NCBI GenBank assembly: GCA_951406725.2
Contig: OX597815.1
Span: forward strand, 189,740,001 to 189,988,000
Direction of reading: 5' to 3'
Origin: Octopus vulgaris
Lineage: Eukaryota
DNA length: 248,000 nucleotides
The number at the start of each line of letters is the position of its first letter. The stretch's first letter is position 1. The notes under the pieces were generated by a model, which was not told the origin of the DNA, ran no database searches, and worked only from the letters and a program-made list of their open reading frames with translations. Shown one piece after another: positions 140,761 to 156,289 of the stretch. A program made the position numbers and the translations under genes.

Positions 140761-142347
140761 CATACATACATACATACATACATACATACACACAGCGGGC
140801 TTCTTTCAGTTTCCGCCAGCCAAATCCACTCACAAGGCTTCGGTCGGCCTGAGGCTATAGCAGAAGACACTTGCCAAAGGTGCCATGCAACGGGACTGAA
140901 CCCGGAACCATGTGGTTCGTAAGGAAACTAGTATATAGGTTTAAATAAAACTTTGCCAATATTGAAACGCTGAATCCTCCCCAATTTTCTTCTTGAAGAC
141001 ACAACTACTGAACCTCATCTCTGATTTAGTCACTTCCTGCAAATACAAAATCTTTTAAACCATAAGCATTTAAAACCAATGAATTTCTTCATTGACTAAA
141101 CATGTCATTCGCCTTCCTCTTCTTCTAACATAAATAACCCTGACGCAGAAAAGGAACTCTCTACTAGCAACGACAACAATAGCTTTTCCACCTCATTCTT
141201 CGACTACAATTATCGACAAATTATGCAAGTATGAACTATGATACCTTCAAAAAGATTCTAATTAACGATCTATCTCTAGAACACAAACAAGACGAGGACA
141301 AATGGTCCCTAGAGACAAAGATGCTGAACAACAATATTTTCACCTACCTACATTCTTTTGTGAACATTATGTGAACATTAGGCGTAGGAGTGGCTGTGTG
141401 GTAAGTAGCTTGCTTACTAACCACGTGGTTCCGGGTTCAGTCCCACTGCGTGGCACCTTCGGCAAGTTTTTTCTACTATAGCCTCGAGCTGACCAAAGCC
141501 TTGTGAGTGGATTTGGTAAGCAAACTACTTACCACACAGCCACTCCTTCGTCTATACATCTTTAATATTCCGTATTCTTCTTGAAGGTCATACTCTAAAG
141601 GATTGACTGTAATTCTTAATTTATTTTCAACTCTAGATTACATTAAACAGTTCAATTCCGAAAGGAGTAATCTAGGGGATATCCAGTGGACATTTAACAA
141701 ATTTAAATCCAAATTCGTCAGATTTAGTTAGGACTTGTAAATATTTATCGAAATAATATGCGCTCTGTCGAAGTCTCTGAGTTAGTGAACTATTTTCTTT
141801 TAAGTGCGACCTGAAGCATAATTTCCTGTGTTAGACAACAGTATTTTTAGTCTGAAATGCCAATATACTGTTTTACATGATGTAACACTGTCAGAAAAAA
141901 GTATTGTAACGAAGTTACTTTAATACATTTACAATTTAATGATTGAGTAGACAAGACTTAAGCAAAGAACTCAATATGAGTTATATAAGCAAGTAGTGTA
142001 CAGTCCGACGGGCAGAGTAAATCTTTATTCTTCGTAATGACACGGCTGTTTCATAAGAAAATTATTGATTTCTAAGTAAAATCAAAATAAATTTTTTCTA
142101 GAAAAAACGTGGGAGAATACAGTTCTGTTGTAAACTAAGTCAACGGATTGAAGTCTTCTAAATCTTTTTTTTATTTTTTATTTTCTCTTACAAAGTTGGT
142201 TCAAACAATAAATTTGTAATAAATGGACGTAAATTGTCATGAGCATCTATTTCTATTGACTCGTTAATAAAATAGAAGCTGAATTTTATTTAATCTACAG
142301 TAAATCTATTTGGCTCTTTATAGCGGATAACTATAAGAAGCCCGTCG

Positions 142348-142412
<65 letters not shown>

Positions 142413-143987
142413 GTGTGTGCGTGTGTGTTTGTCCCCCCCCCCCAACATCGCTTGACAACCGATGCTGGTGTGCTTACATCCTCGTAACTTAGCGGTTCGG
142501 CAAGAGAGACCGATAGAATAAGTACTAGGCTTACAAAGAATAAGTCCTGGGAGGTCTCGATTTGCTCGACTAAAGGCGGTGCTCCAGCATGGCCGCGTCA
142601 AACGAATGAAACAAATAAAAGAAAAAAGAAAAAAAAGAATAGGTGAGGAAACGTGAGTGTTCTGTTAGAACATCGAAGCAAAATGGTAGTTTTCATGATG
142701 GGTTGAAATCATAAAAAACACACACATGCACACACACACACACACACACATTCTATCATCACTTTTGAATGACAGGTCATCGTTCATCATGAGTATGTTC
142801 TGACGATCAAGAAAGAGTTTCCCTTGGATCTTCCTGTCGGGAGTCGTAGCGTCGTTGGCTGGTCTTAGATGACGATCAGTTGAATTGCTGAACGAAAATG
142901 TATATCTTTTGCCTGCGTGAAGAAGTAACTGACAACAACCGCGAACAATTAACTGAAGATTTTGATTTTATTATTGCCCATGGAGTTTTAACAGTGTTGG
143001 TCATTTACTAATAATAACAGCAATTACACTCCTAGAGAGACATATTGTTAGGTGTCTACAAACTTACTGATATAGTAGTTTGTGTTTGCCTCATCATAAC
143101 TAGAAACAATCGCGCTATATTTGTGGCGATTATAATCTTGTCCACTATCCACCTTAACCTACAATCCACCTTAACGAGAATGGAGACACAACGCTCAGCA
143201 TTCTGTAATTACCGCCAAAAACGGCCTCAATATAGGGCACAAGGAGAAGATTCTAGAAGAATGAATCACGTGATGGCCGAATGCTGATTGGTTGCTTGAT
143301 AGACAATTCAATTGAAATTACTGTAGTTTGATTGAGATGGATGACCGCGTACCTGTTACCTCGGTTTCGAAACATTGCTATAGTCCCGTGTTGTTGAGTC
143401 TATGCGATTGGCCTCGATTTAGACAAGCGAAATATGTATGGTGCACCATAATAAAGCACATGCTCACGTGTCACGCTTTATCTGTGATTTTTCGGAGAGG
143501 CACAGAGCACATTTTTGTCCCTCAAACCAAAACTCAACCTGAAAAGTCACCAATTTCAGTCGAGAGAACTGTTTGAAGAAAATTCCTTATGAGAACTGAG
143601 CACTGTCTCTGGAAATGCGTTCCAGGACGCATCCCAAAACTGGAACTGACATTGAGAATGGCGTATCAACAGTGGAGTGAGCGATTTTGAAGAAATTGAT
143701 TCTGATTAAATTGTAAACAGAGCGATAAATTTGTTTGCTTTCTTTTTGGACAGACCTCGAATATTTTTGACAAAGTTTACTGTTTTAATTCAACACCCAG
143801 CAGAATTGTAACATTGTTTGAAATCTAAACATCATAATTTTAAATTTCCTTTTCCTGCATATCATTAGCGTCTTTGCAAGGAGTAAAACATTAATTTGGA
143901 AAATCGATCAAACTCTACCTTATTATTTGTACTGAGTTCTTTGATTAATTGGTGTCTAGTCAATCAATAGCTAATTTACACACACAC

Positions 143988-144053
<66 letters not shown>

Positions 144054-144184
144054 TAACTCATTCATACACACACACACACACACACGTCTATGTATACGAG
144101 CATGAGCTAAAAATTTCATAGGTTGACAATGAAGGAGTGGTGCTAGAGCTGTGAATTGAATTCTTACATGATTTAATTTCAATT

Positions 144185-144560
144185 CTCCTTAATTACCTCT
144201 GCCTTAGCGAAGGCGGAGGTATTGTTTCAGTCGTATTTGTCTGTTTTTCCTTGGACAAGATATCTAAAGAACCGCTTGAAGGACTCGGATGAAACATTCA
144301 GGATTGTTTGGCCTCGTGACTAGCACGAACTGATTAGATTTTGGGATCGATCCGGTACCAGACAAGGATTCTGGATTATTTTTCTGGGTTTTTTTACTTA
144401 AATTTTGAGAGCGTTCGGGTTCGTTTTTAGTATTCTCATTTGTGAGAGAAGTCAAGTTTATTTCAGATATTCTCATTCTAAAAATCATCTCTGGCTAATC
144501 TTTGAGAGGACGTTGGTGTTGCCTTGGCAGAGGTTTGCGCTCTCTGAGTGCTCTTGTTGA
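144185..144560. repeat. Interspersed repeat of unassigned class
   Basis: TTACCTCTGCCTT...GAGGTTTGCGCTCTCTGAGTGC; inverted copy at about 170135-170500. Confidence 0.6.
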
Positions 144561-144918
144561 TAATTGCACTGTTTCATTCCAGGTAAACTGTCATCTGACT
144601 CTTCAAGGAAGACTTCAAGAGTAACTAGTAGTGACTTCTCTTGAAAATGGACAAAAGTTGGCTTCGTGGTGTTATCAGGTACCAGCAGAAAAAAAGGTTT
144701 TAGACCCTAAGGTCATACTGATATGGTTACTACATTAGGGTAAGGCGCTCCAGTTTTTGGCTGTGTGGTAAGTAGCTTGCTAACCAACCACATGGTTCCA
144801 GGTTCAGTCCCACTGCGTGGCATCTTGGGCAAGTGTCTTCTGCTATAGCCCCGGGCCGACCAATGCCTTGTGAGTGGATTTGGTAGACGGAAACTGAAAG
144901 AAGCCTGTCGTATATATG

Positions 144919-144951
<33 letters not shown>

Positions 144952-146023
144952 TTGTGTGTCTGTGTTTGTCCCCCTAGCATTGCTTGACAACCAATGCTGG
145001 TGTGTTTACGTCCCCGTCACTTAGCGGTTCGGCAAAAGAGACCGATAGAATAAGTACTGGGCTTACAAAGAATAAGTCCCAGGGTCGATTTGCTCGACTA
145101 AAGGCGGTGCTCCAGCATGGCCGCAGTCAAATGACTGAAACAAGTAAAAGAGTAAAAGAGTGCAAAAGTAGGCAGCTGAATTCAGAAGGGGAGGGGAATC
145201 TTGAAAGTGATCCCAGTTCTGGAAATCCTGAGTCTGCCATCAACGAGGAAAACATTGATCGGGTTCACCACATGGCGATGAATGACAGGCGATTGACAAT
145301 AAATCAAATAAGCAATTCTATTAGCATATCCCGTGACAGAGTTGAAAATATCATGTACAATGAACTTGGCGGCATGACGACGGTTTCTACTCGGTGGGTA
145401 CCACGGTCTTTCTTCTGACACCTGATCAAAACTGATTAAGGCTGATCACATCACGGGAAAACTTGACAACGAGACCGAGGTGTTTTTGTTCATATTTTGA
145501 TTGTAAAGTGACAACACAAAAAATAACTGAGGCCCAAATACTTTGTCTAAAGAGACTCACACAAACCCTTAGAATCCTTTCAGCCATATGCATCTTGAAC
145601 AGCCGATAAGGTTTGTGATCACCAAGTATTTTTAATTCTTGTTAATTCTCGCTGCAGCGTTGCTTTCCGTGACATACAGGGTCTTTCTACGGACTTTTAT
145701 TCTTTGCATTAGGATCCAGCAAAGCCTTGTAAATTGATTGTTTTTCCTTTGGTAGCAGGGACATATCCTTGTTGTTGTTATTAAATCGGCCTTTGCGTTT
145801 CTTTCTTTTTACTCCCAATGTAGCGATGCTCAAATCATACACCTGGTCCTTGAAATTCGTTCAAGCTTCATCGAAATTGATATCATTGAACTTGTTTTAT
145901 ACAAGTTCTAATATATCCGATTGAGTTAATTTAGCAATATCAATTTGCGTTAGACGGTTCGCCCTATTTATGCATATTTCCTTATGTATAGATGCTTACA
146001 CACACACACACACGCACACATAG

Positions 146024-146059
<36 letters not shown>

Positions 146060-146663
146060 GCATATACATATACATATATATATATATATATGTACTTACA
146101 TATATACATGTATATACACACATACACACACATAGATACATACATACATACATACATACATACATACATACATACATACATACATACATACATACATACA
146201 TGCATGCATACATATTATATATATATATATATCTTCTTTTATTTGTTTCAGCCATGGTGGAGCACTGCCTTCAGTCGAGCAAATCAACCTCAGGACTTAT
146301 TCTTTATTACGGGGATATAAACACACCAGCGTCGGTTGTCAAGCGATGTTGGGGGAATAAACAGACACACAAACATACACACACATACGACAGGCTTCTT
146401 TCAGTTTCCGTCTACCAAATCCACTCACAAGGCTTTGGTCGGCCCCGACGCTATACTAGAACACACTTGCCCAAAAAGCCATGCGGTGGGACTGAACCCA
146501 GAACCATGTGGTTGGTAAGCAAGCTACTTACCACACAGCCACTACTGCACCTATGTATATGTATATTTGTATCTCTCTCTCTCCCTCTGTATTATATCTT
146601 GATGGATGGATGAATGGATGCATACATTTATATATATATATATAAAGATATATATATATATAA

Positions 146664-146713
<50 letters not shown>

Positions 146714-147012
146714 GTGAGGTAAACAGATAGGGAGAAAGATGCATACTTACATGGCATATTATTGCATATTTTAAATATTTACTTTGCAACGTCAAGGATT
146801 AAATTTATTTTTCACATCTAATTGCTTTCAATAACGATAAAAAATTCGCTGAGTTTACTCCTTCAGTGTTATTAAGGACATAAATATAAACTTGTCAGTT
146901 CTTGAATTTATAAGGAGAGTCAAGTTGTTTTAGTGAGAAACATCGTAAATTTAGGAGTCCTTAATGGAAGTTAGAACACTTAATTATGCATGTATGTATG
147001 TTACAGACACAT

Positions 147013-147052
<40 letters not shown>

Positions 147053-147369
147053 GCGGACGTGTATATAATATATATGCGTGTGTTTGTGCACATATATATG
147101 CCTATGCATGTACAAGATATATGTGTGTGCATAATACATGCAGGCACGTATATATATGTGTGCATATACATGTACATGTATACACACTCACACTCATACA
147201 TGACAATATGTGTTTTTTATATGCGCGAAAGCAACAAACATTAACTGAATAAACCTCTCATTACGAGTGTAGATCAGAAGGAATTTTATTGACAGTAACT
147301 TCGAAATTTCCATAGATGGCAGGTTGATCAGCAAACGTGCAATTAGTTGTACCTAGTGAGTATATTGGC

Positions 147370-147410
<41 letters not shown>

Positions 147411-147590
147411 CTTAATTAAAATAAAAACATGATGCCAAGGATTCAGCAGTACATATGTTTCGGGCCTTTATTAGACGGATTTATAACAATGCATAATGTG
147501 TGTCTATGGCCTTCTTCAGCCGCGCACAATTACTACCCCAAGGACGTAGAATTTTTGATGTAATACATGTCCTTGGGGTAGTAATTGTGC

Positions 147591-147668
147591 GCGGCTGAAG
147601 AAGGCCATAGACACACATTATGCATTGTTATAAATCCGTCTAATAAAGGCCCGAAACATATGTACCGC
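147591..147668 (+). ncRNA. Minimal hammerhead ribozyme motif (mirror copy on the - strand at about 147446-147523)
   Basis: Stem I GCGG/CCGC, CTGAAGA, stem II GGCC/GGCC, GAAAC-ATAT-GTA. Confidence 0.75.
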
Positions 147669-147971
147669 TGAATCCTTGGCATCATGTTTACTCCACCACC
147701 TACACCACCAAACGGTATATACAGGTGCTTACAATTATCAAGTACTCACCCTAAATTTCTATATATATATATATATATATATAAAGGTAGAAGAAAATGG
147801 AGATTGTGAAGTTAATAAGAGTTTATTATCAACAACAAATTGATCATTATTCCTTACAGCTGTTTCAATTATACACAGTGAAATTAATTAAATGTTAAGT
147901 TCATATTTCTGAGCATAATATCTTCAGAGGGGAAAAAATATACCATTAGATGTTCTATATACTTGTTTATA

Positions 147972-148026
<55 letters not shown>

Positions 148027-148227
148027 ACCGCGTGTGTACCGTTGGCGATTTTTTCCCTCTGTCTTCCCTTCTCTGGATCTTTCCTTCTCCTATGTTTCCG
148101 ACGAAGAGCTCCGCTCGAAACGTTAGACCCTCCTTCTTTTCTTCTTTCCTGAGCGTCCAATAATACTGTATTTGTTCCACGTCCTCGCGTTGTTGTGTTT
148201 TTTTTTGTGCTTTCATGTTTGGATTAA

Positions 148228-148278
<51 letters not shown>

Positions 148279-149099
148279 TATATATATATATATATATAAG
148301 TTCAGCAAAATTTAGATTCAGATGAATATGGTACTTAAGTTAAAGGCACCAGAATTTGGTATGGTATTATCCATACAAATCAAATAATCATAATAAGCAA
148401 CAAGGATATCCAAGGTAGTGTAGTACAATCATTTCATGCTACTTCATTTTATTAAACACTGTAAGTATTACATCAGTTTTAAAAGTATTGTTAATACTTA
148501 CATCACATCATAACATCATGAATAAAAGACAGGAATTAATGATACGATGTAAACATATTTACTACACTACTTTTAAGATTATTCCCTAGATAATTAATAA
148601 TTAATCATGTGAGTAATTGGATATTATAACACCCACAAACCATGGTATAATGGATTAGGAATAATGCATACTTAAGTAAAATAGCAACGGAGATTTTTTT
148701 TAGTTACTGCTATCATAGAAATATCCTTCCACATCTATCTTTTATTCTTTTTTATGATAGAAGGATTCCATTTATATTATTTTTCATTTTCCTATATTCA
148801 TTCTCTTATTTTTCACATTTTATTTTCTTTGTATTTTCTGTTGTCTTGGTTTTATACTCATTTTAATTTATATTTTGTTTGGTTTTTGTTTTTACTTATT
148901 CTTCTCATTTAATACCAGTGGAATTTACTACACCACCCTCTCAATGAATCGTGGCTTAGCACACCATTGCAGCAATACCAATGGTATTGAGTCATCCCAT
149001 AAATAATGCGTTTTTTCAATTGCATGAACTAAAAGTCCAATCAGGACGGGATGAACTACCTGTATCGAGTTGCAAGCCAAAATTTTACCTTTTACTTAT

Positions 149100-150050
149100 T
149101 CTTAGTGCAGATTCTGAAGAGTGCAGTACGATTTTAACAGTTATTTTTTTCAAAGCTACAAAGGAAGTGACAAAGGATCATATTCAGCATATTTTTATTT
149201 ATGAGTTCAATAAAGGCAACAACGCAACGGAAAGTGCGAGTAATATTAATGCAGTATATGGGGATCGGTCAAGAAGCGTAACCCAGTGTCAATGAGTGAC
149301 TGGTGACGAGAAATGGGTTCTCTATAAAAATGTCAAGCGCCGAAGACAGTGGGTAGGAAAATAGAAACATCGACACTCCAGTCTAAAAAAGGTCTTCACC
149401 TACGTAAGGTGTTGTTATATGTTTGGTGGTATATGAAAGGCTTAGTCCACTTTGAACTTTTAGACCCAAACCAAACGAGACCAAATCGGGTCAATGGGTT
149501 CCTCACAATCTTACCCAATCTAATCACGCGCAGAGAGTGAATGCGTGCTCTTCTTCGCTGTCACGTCTCACGAATGAATTTTTTTTTTTTTTGGACTGAA
149601 TAGTGACCGGTGACGAGAAATGGGTTCTCTATAAAAATGTCAAGCGCCGAAGACAGTGGGTAGGGAAAATAGAAAACGGTGCTCCACCTACCATATTCGT
149701 TGGACATTGCCCCATCTGATTATCATTTATACCGCAGGCTTCAAAATCATTTGAACGGAAAAAATATGAATTTTGTAGACGAGGTGAGAACAGTATTGGA
149801 GAGGTATTTTTCGTCATGACAAGTGAATTTTAGGATAATGTTTGACCACATACAGCAAAGATAACATTCCAAAGGCTGGAGCAGTTTGAATGGAAAACGG
149901 TGCTCCACCCACCATATTCCGCAGACTTCAAAATCATTTGAACGGAAAAAATATGAATTTTGTAGACGAGGTGAGAACAGTATTGGAGGGGTATTTTCGT
150001 CATGACAAGTGAATTTTGGAAGTGGAGCCTTGTAGAAAATGATCGTTAGA
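149100..150050 (+). mobile_element. Rearranged mariner remnant with internal duplications
   Basis: HIQHIFIYEFNKGNNATE; VTGDEKWVLYKNV occurs twice; HPPYS remnants occur twice. Confidence 0.75.
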
Positions 150051-153000
150051 TATTCTAAGCCTGATGTAGTCTTCGTAGTACTGTGACCTTACGTATTATA
150101 AGTTACAAGCATTATCGCCCGGCGTTGCTCGGATTTGTAAGGGAAATCGACCCCGGACTTATTCGTTGTAAGCCCAGTACTTATTCTATCGGTCTCATTT
150201 TGCCGAACCGCTAAGTGACGGGGACGTAAACACACCAGCATCGGTTGTCAAGCAATGCTAGGGAGACAAACACAGACAGACACACATACATATACATATA
150301 TACGACAGGCTTCTTTCAGTTTCTGTCTACCAAATCCACTCACAAGGCATTGGTTGGCCCGGGGCTATAGCAGAAGACACTTGCCCAAGGTGCCACACAG
150401 TGGGACTGAACCCGGAACCATGAGGTTGGTTAGCAAGCTACTTACCACACAGCCACTCCTGCGCCTATGTATGACTTAATTTTGAAAAATAAAAGAAGTA
150501 TAAAGAAACTGTACTATTTATGGGATGACCAGATATATCGTTAGATATTCTAAGCCTGGTGTAGTCTTTGTACTATTTTGTAGTACTTTGTAGTACATTG
150601 TAGTAACACCTTACGTGTTATAAGTTAATTATTTATTTTATTCCCTGACTTCCAGCCCTAACTATAACTATTAAATGTCCTGTACTAATATGAGTTCCTG
150701 TAACTCCGTAACAAGATAGATGTTGATACTTCACACTTAAAATAACTAGAAATACCCAGCTTCTCAATACCATAGCGTCCAAAATATTATAATAATCGCC
150801 AATAGCCTGCCTCTGGCCCCTAACGAATTCGTTCTGCATCAACTTTCTATACCGGATGTTAAGAATATTCATCCGTCGCAAGAGAAAACACCACCCTTGC
150901 ATAGCGTCGAAAATATTCTTGAATTCGTCGAAAGCCGGCCAAGTTGTTGAGTGTCAAATTTCAATAGTGGATGTTAATACTATTGAACCATGGTAAGAGA
151001 GAATAATAGTTTAAGGCTGATGGTCAGAAACAAGCGGCCAAATTCTGTGTAGATACAACAATGATCATATTCCTTCCTCTTCTTTTCTTTTCTTTACTTC
151101 TCTTTTCTTTTATTCCTTTACGTTGGTAGTTAATGTGTTGGGCTCTGACGACGATAGCGTTCCAATGGTCGATCACTGTATTTTCAATCCCTCAATCGAT
151201 CGATTAATTAAATTGAACCATGAGCGCACCCAAAATAAATACTTATATCTTTACTACCCACAAGGGGCTAAACACAGAAGGGACAAACAAGGACAGACAA
151301 AGGGATTAAGTCGATTATATCGACCCCAGTGCGTAACTGGTACTTAATTTATCGATCCCGAAAGGATGAAAGGCAAAGTCGACCTCGGCGGAATTTGAAC
151401 TCAGAGCGTAACGGCAGACGAAATACCTATTTCTTTACTACCCACAAGGGGCTAAACACAGAGAGGAGACAAACAAGGACAGACAAACAGATTAAGTCGA
151501 TTATACCGACTCCAGTGCATAACTGGTACTTATTTAATCGACCCCGAAAGGATGAAAGGTAGAGTCGACCTCGGCGGAATTTGAACTCAGAAGATAGCGG
151601 CGGATGAAATACTGCTAAGCATTTTGCCCGGCGTGCTAACGATTCTGCCAGCTCGCCGCCTTCCAAAATGTATACCTGAAACAGCTGTAACTCTATAATG
151701 ATCAAGAGACCCATTATTTATGCCATACATTCACACACACACACATCCGCATGAATTAAGTTTTATCAACTGGTAAACATACTTTTAAGTATCTTTTATC
151801 TTATTATAAGCCTCGAAGCTTATACTCATTCAAGAATAAACATAATCATTCAAGAAATAAACTCTTGGAAACCATTGGAACACGCGGATCTTTTCGGTTT
151901 GACCGGCAGTTTTTAAAAATAATTTCCACGTAACTAAACACTTTTAAACATCGTATACTGGTAGAATGTGTTTATAAAATATCTTTTTCTCTTGGCTTTA
152001 TTGAGAAAATTCTATGGTTTGTAAGATATTTGTTGTTTCTTTTTCTTCAATTTCTGCAATTTCAACCAATCAATGACGTCTATTGAGGTGAAAACATTCT
152101 ATGCCGTATGAATATGTCTATCGTTTAAGAAACAGATTGGGTTTATTTACATTTCTGAAGAAAAAAAGATAGCCTTCCCCCATCCCTAACCCTAAAACAG
152201 ATTGAAATGCAATAGATCGATACTAGGGTCATAATTATGGGTGACAATTTCATATGACACCGCTAGAAAAATCTGCCGGTCAAACCGAAAAGATCCAAAC
152301 TCGCAGCCAACTTTGTTGTTTCTTGCTTCTATTATTGACAAGCACAAAATTCTCATTTAGAAACAATTCGTTTTACTTCCTTACAATCCTCTCGTCATGC
152401 GTCACCCGTTACCATTATATACATGTTTGAAACTTTCGTCAGCATACACTTTTAATTTTTAGCAAGATGCCTGATATTTTATTACATATGCACAATTTCT
152501 ATCTCACTTATGATTTTCTATTTTCTATGTGCGTATTTTTTTCCAATTCACCACACACCTTTTCTCCTCTTTTCCCGCATCGATTTTTTTTCAACTACAG
152601 TTTGTTTTATGTCAGTTTTTTCGGCACCTAATCAAAGCTTTTTACGATATTAAAATATTTTCTGTATCATCTATTACGTCCTTGTTTCCCATGTTTTATT
152701 GATTAATGTCTGTAAATTGGAAAACCTGAAATTCGGAGTTATCGTTGAAGTTTTCAACAGAGAGCATTTTATTTCTATTCCATCTTGAAACTATTATCTG
152801 AAATATTCGATCGTGAAAACTGAAAACCTTAAAAGATTAAGGTGGATCATTAAAAAGTACGTAAATAAAAATATGAGACTCAGAACACGGAGAAATCTGT
152901 TACTTAACATGGACTTAAGAAACATCTTTAAAAAATCCCAGAAAATTCTACAATTGCTTCCGAAGATTGTTACCAAAGAAATTGTCGTAGTTACACGATT

Positions 153001-154479
153001 AAAAAAATGCTCCTGGTGGATAAGACCAAAAAATTTCAGGTTGTTACTTAACATTTAAAACAACATATAACTAAATCTGAAACCACCACAGACACACACG
153101 TCATGAACCTAGAAACTCAGAAAGCTTTACTGCCCTTAATATTTCTTTCAGGTACCACATACGATACTTTAGGTCTAGAAATCTAACTACACTATCAACT
153201 CTAAATGTAAGTTGATACCTATTTCTTTACTGCCCACAAGGGGCTACACACAGAGGGGACAAACAAGGACAGACAAACGGATTAAGTCGATTACATCGAC
153301 CCCAGTGCATAACTAGTACTTATTTAATCGACCCCGAAAGGATGAAAGGCAAAGTCGACCTCGGCGGAATTTGAACTCAGAACGTAACGGTAGACGAAAT
153401 ACCGCTAAGCATTTCGCCCGGCGTGCTAACGATTCTGCCAGCTCGCCGCCGTAAGTTGATACCACAAAATAAATTGAGTTAGAAATAGTTAGCAGGCAAA
153501 TTACCTGGGAATTTATTCTTGGGGTTATAATGGGAGGCAAGGTTCACGATATCGGATGATTATCGCCTTGTCCCATTAAAATTGTTCTTTGTATTGTTTC
153601 AGGCTCCAGCAGGCGAGGAAAGAAGTCTCAAGTGGAAATGCAAATTCACAACCAGTTTTATTTACATAGTTACACAGAATAAATGAAGTGTGTCGCTCTC
153701 AATAGACCATCTCAAGCTGTGTACGTTTCGTTGTATCTCGGTTAACGCGGGCCCATTACCTCTGGAGATACGACGGGCAGGCAGGACTAGCCTGCAGACC
153801 CAGCCAGCGAATATGTATATTTAGCAAGCGCTTGCGGTGAAGAAGAGAGAGAATCTATTTGTTGGGCCCTTATATCCAGTTTGCCATCGCGAGCTTGTGC
153901 CGCTAGAAGGTAAATATGTATATAAACGATATTATTTCCATTGCGAAACAACTATATGGAAACAGGTGTTTCAAATTTTGGCACAAGGCCAGTAATTTAA
154001 TCGACTTCCCCAGTACTCAACTGATGCTTATTTTATCGATCTCCGAAAGGATAAATGGCAAAATCGACCTCAACGGAATTTTAGCTCAGAACGTACATAC
154101 AGACATAGTTACAGGTAGGTGGATAAATACGAAATACCGCTAAGCATTTTGCCTAGCCTGCTAACGATGTTGTCAGCTCACAGCCTTCACTAAATGGTTT
154201 TGAAGAGTCCATGGTAAGTAGTATTGTAAATTTACATAACTTGACATAACCGGTTTTTGTATGGCTATTCCTTCACTCTAACACTTTGACCTTTGCAAAT
154301 ACAATTGTAACGATTGACGAATCAAACATTAATATAAATAGGCGTTCAAGAAAACTCATTTACCTTTCGATAATTCCGCTTGGATAAGTAAAACAAAAAC
154401 AAGATAAATTATTTGATACTTGCATAGGCTAATTTAATGCGGTTCAATTGTGCAAATTAGAGACATTTATATCCTTGTC

Positions 154480-154830
154480 ATTATAGGCAAAGGACACTTT
154501 ACAGAAAGGTTGGGTGGAATTTATAGAGAAGATGGACTCGCGAAATATGAGTGGATATGAATAGCCAGAATTAGGAAAGAACTAATAAAGCTATTTAAGG
154601 AAATAAGCGTACGCTTTACAGTAGATACTGTTCTTGGTATAGCTAACTTTTAGACATTACTTTCAATGAAGAGACAAAATATCAACCTTCATCATTAGCC
154701 TAATGAAAATTATGCTAAATAAATAAGAATTCCACACTCCTGGCTAATATTTTTTGTAATTCCTAACATTACTAAGGAAACCCGTTTGTCAGTGCTTCTC
154801 ATTATTAAAATGCATCTCCACGGAACATTG
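154480..154830 (+). pseudogene. Penelope-like RT core fragment
   Basis: GIYREDGLA...RIRKELIKLFK...NFLDITF, a decayed GLYRDDGL/NFLDVT motif. Confidence 0.7.
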
Positions 154831-156289
154831 AATTCTTAGAGAAAATGCAATATCAGCATGCATCTAATATTTCAAAACGTAAAGTAGGAAACAGCGCATT
154901 ACGTGATGTAATCTCGTATATAATGTAAGGGTTAAAAGGAACGTAGATTTCGAGTTCTTTAAATTAATCTCGCTTCACTCTCCAAAACCATAAACCACAA
155001 AATTTGCAGTAGAAATTGATTAAGTTTTAGCTACACTACATGGATAAAAACTTCTCGTGTTCTATTAGAAAATACATTACCAACTGACTTTCTAATACAA
155101 TTAATTCAAATTATCGGTACTACTTGGGAACAGTGGTCCCGGTGCGCACACTCGCGTAGTCGCGCATCCGCGCTAGCTAGTCGTGACTAGTCGATCTTAC
155201 AACGACTACCTAGCAAAGTAAATAAAACACAAAATAAATTTTTTTACACAAAGTAAATAAAACACAAAAACAAAGTAAGGATCGACTAGTCACGACTAGC
155301 TAGCGCGGATGCGCGACTACGCGAGTGCGCACACTGTTCTCAAGTAGTACCCAAATCATCCACTTACCTGTAACTGTGTCTACTTTGTAGAAAAACGCAG
155401 CAACTATAGATTTTATTTTAACAAAAAGAAATATGCATTCATTTCATCAGCAAAATACCCAAGTGATCATTGCTTGAACTAGACTCGTTTATATACGTTT
155501 GTGACTGGAGTACGAGGTAATCTAAGGATGTTACACATGATAGATAAGTACTTTCTCTAAGAGAAGATTTATCTCTTATAAACTAACACCATGAAATTAT
155601 ACAGCTTATGAGACATTTAATATTCTAATATTAGCTTTATCATTTAGTAGCAGTATTGCCCGGCGTTGCTCAGGTTTGTTTCGACCCTTTAGAATTGGAA
155701 TTTTTGAAAAGTAAAACTTTTGCATTATGTAGCTTGTTATTCTCTTTAAGTGAATATTTTTCTGGTTGAAATACACCGAAAAATGGCGACACAGGAGTAA
155801 AAAAATCGTAAAAAGTAGGTATTTTCATAGAAAAAAAAAGCACCTTTTTGATGTAAATAATTTTTGGTGTTAACATGGTCCGATTTGAATTTTGTCTTCT
155901 ACGGAATGAAGAGCAAGCCTTCTTCTATCATACTCTCAATTTTGGTCAACTTGTGCTGCAGGGTCTCGGAGGAGATAGTGTTAGTTGAAGGCTACCAAAC
156001 CTGCCATACACAGACAACGTCAGCTTTATATAGAGAGAGATTACATGACTTAGGCAACAAACTTTACTTCACTTGTATACAATGTAATCTCAAATATAAT
156101 AAGACATGGCTGTGTGATTAAGACATTTGCCTTGCAACAATGTGGATTTTAGGATTCAGTTCTTACTATGCAGCAACTTGAGCAAGTGTCTTCTACTATA
156201 ATCCTCAGTCAGCCAATGCCTTGTGAGTGAATTTGGTAAATGGAAACTGTGTGGAAGCCTATCGTGCGTGTATATATGAATGTATATAA

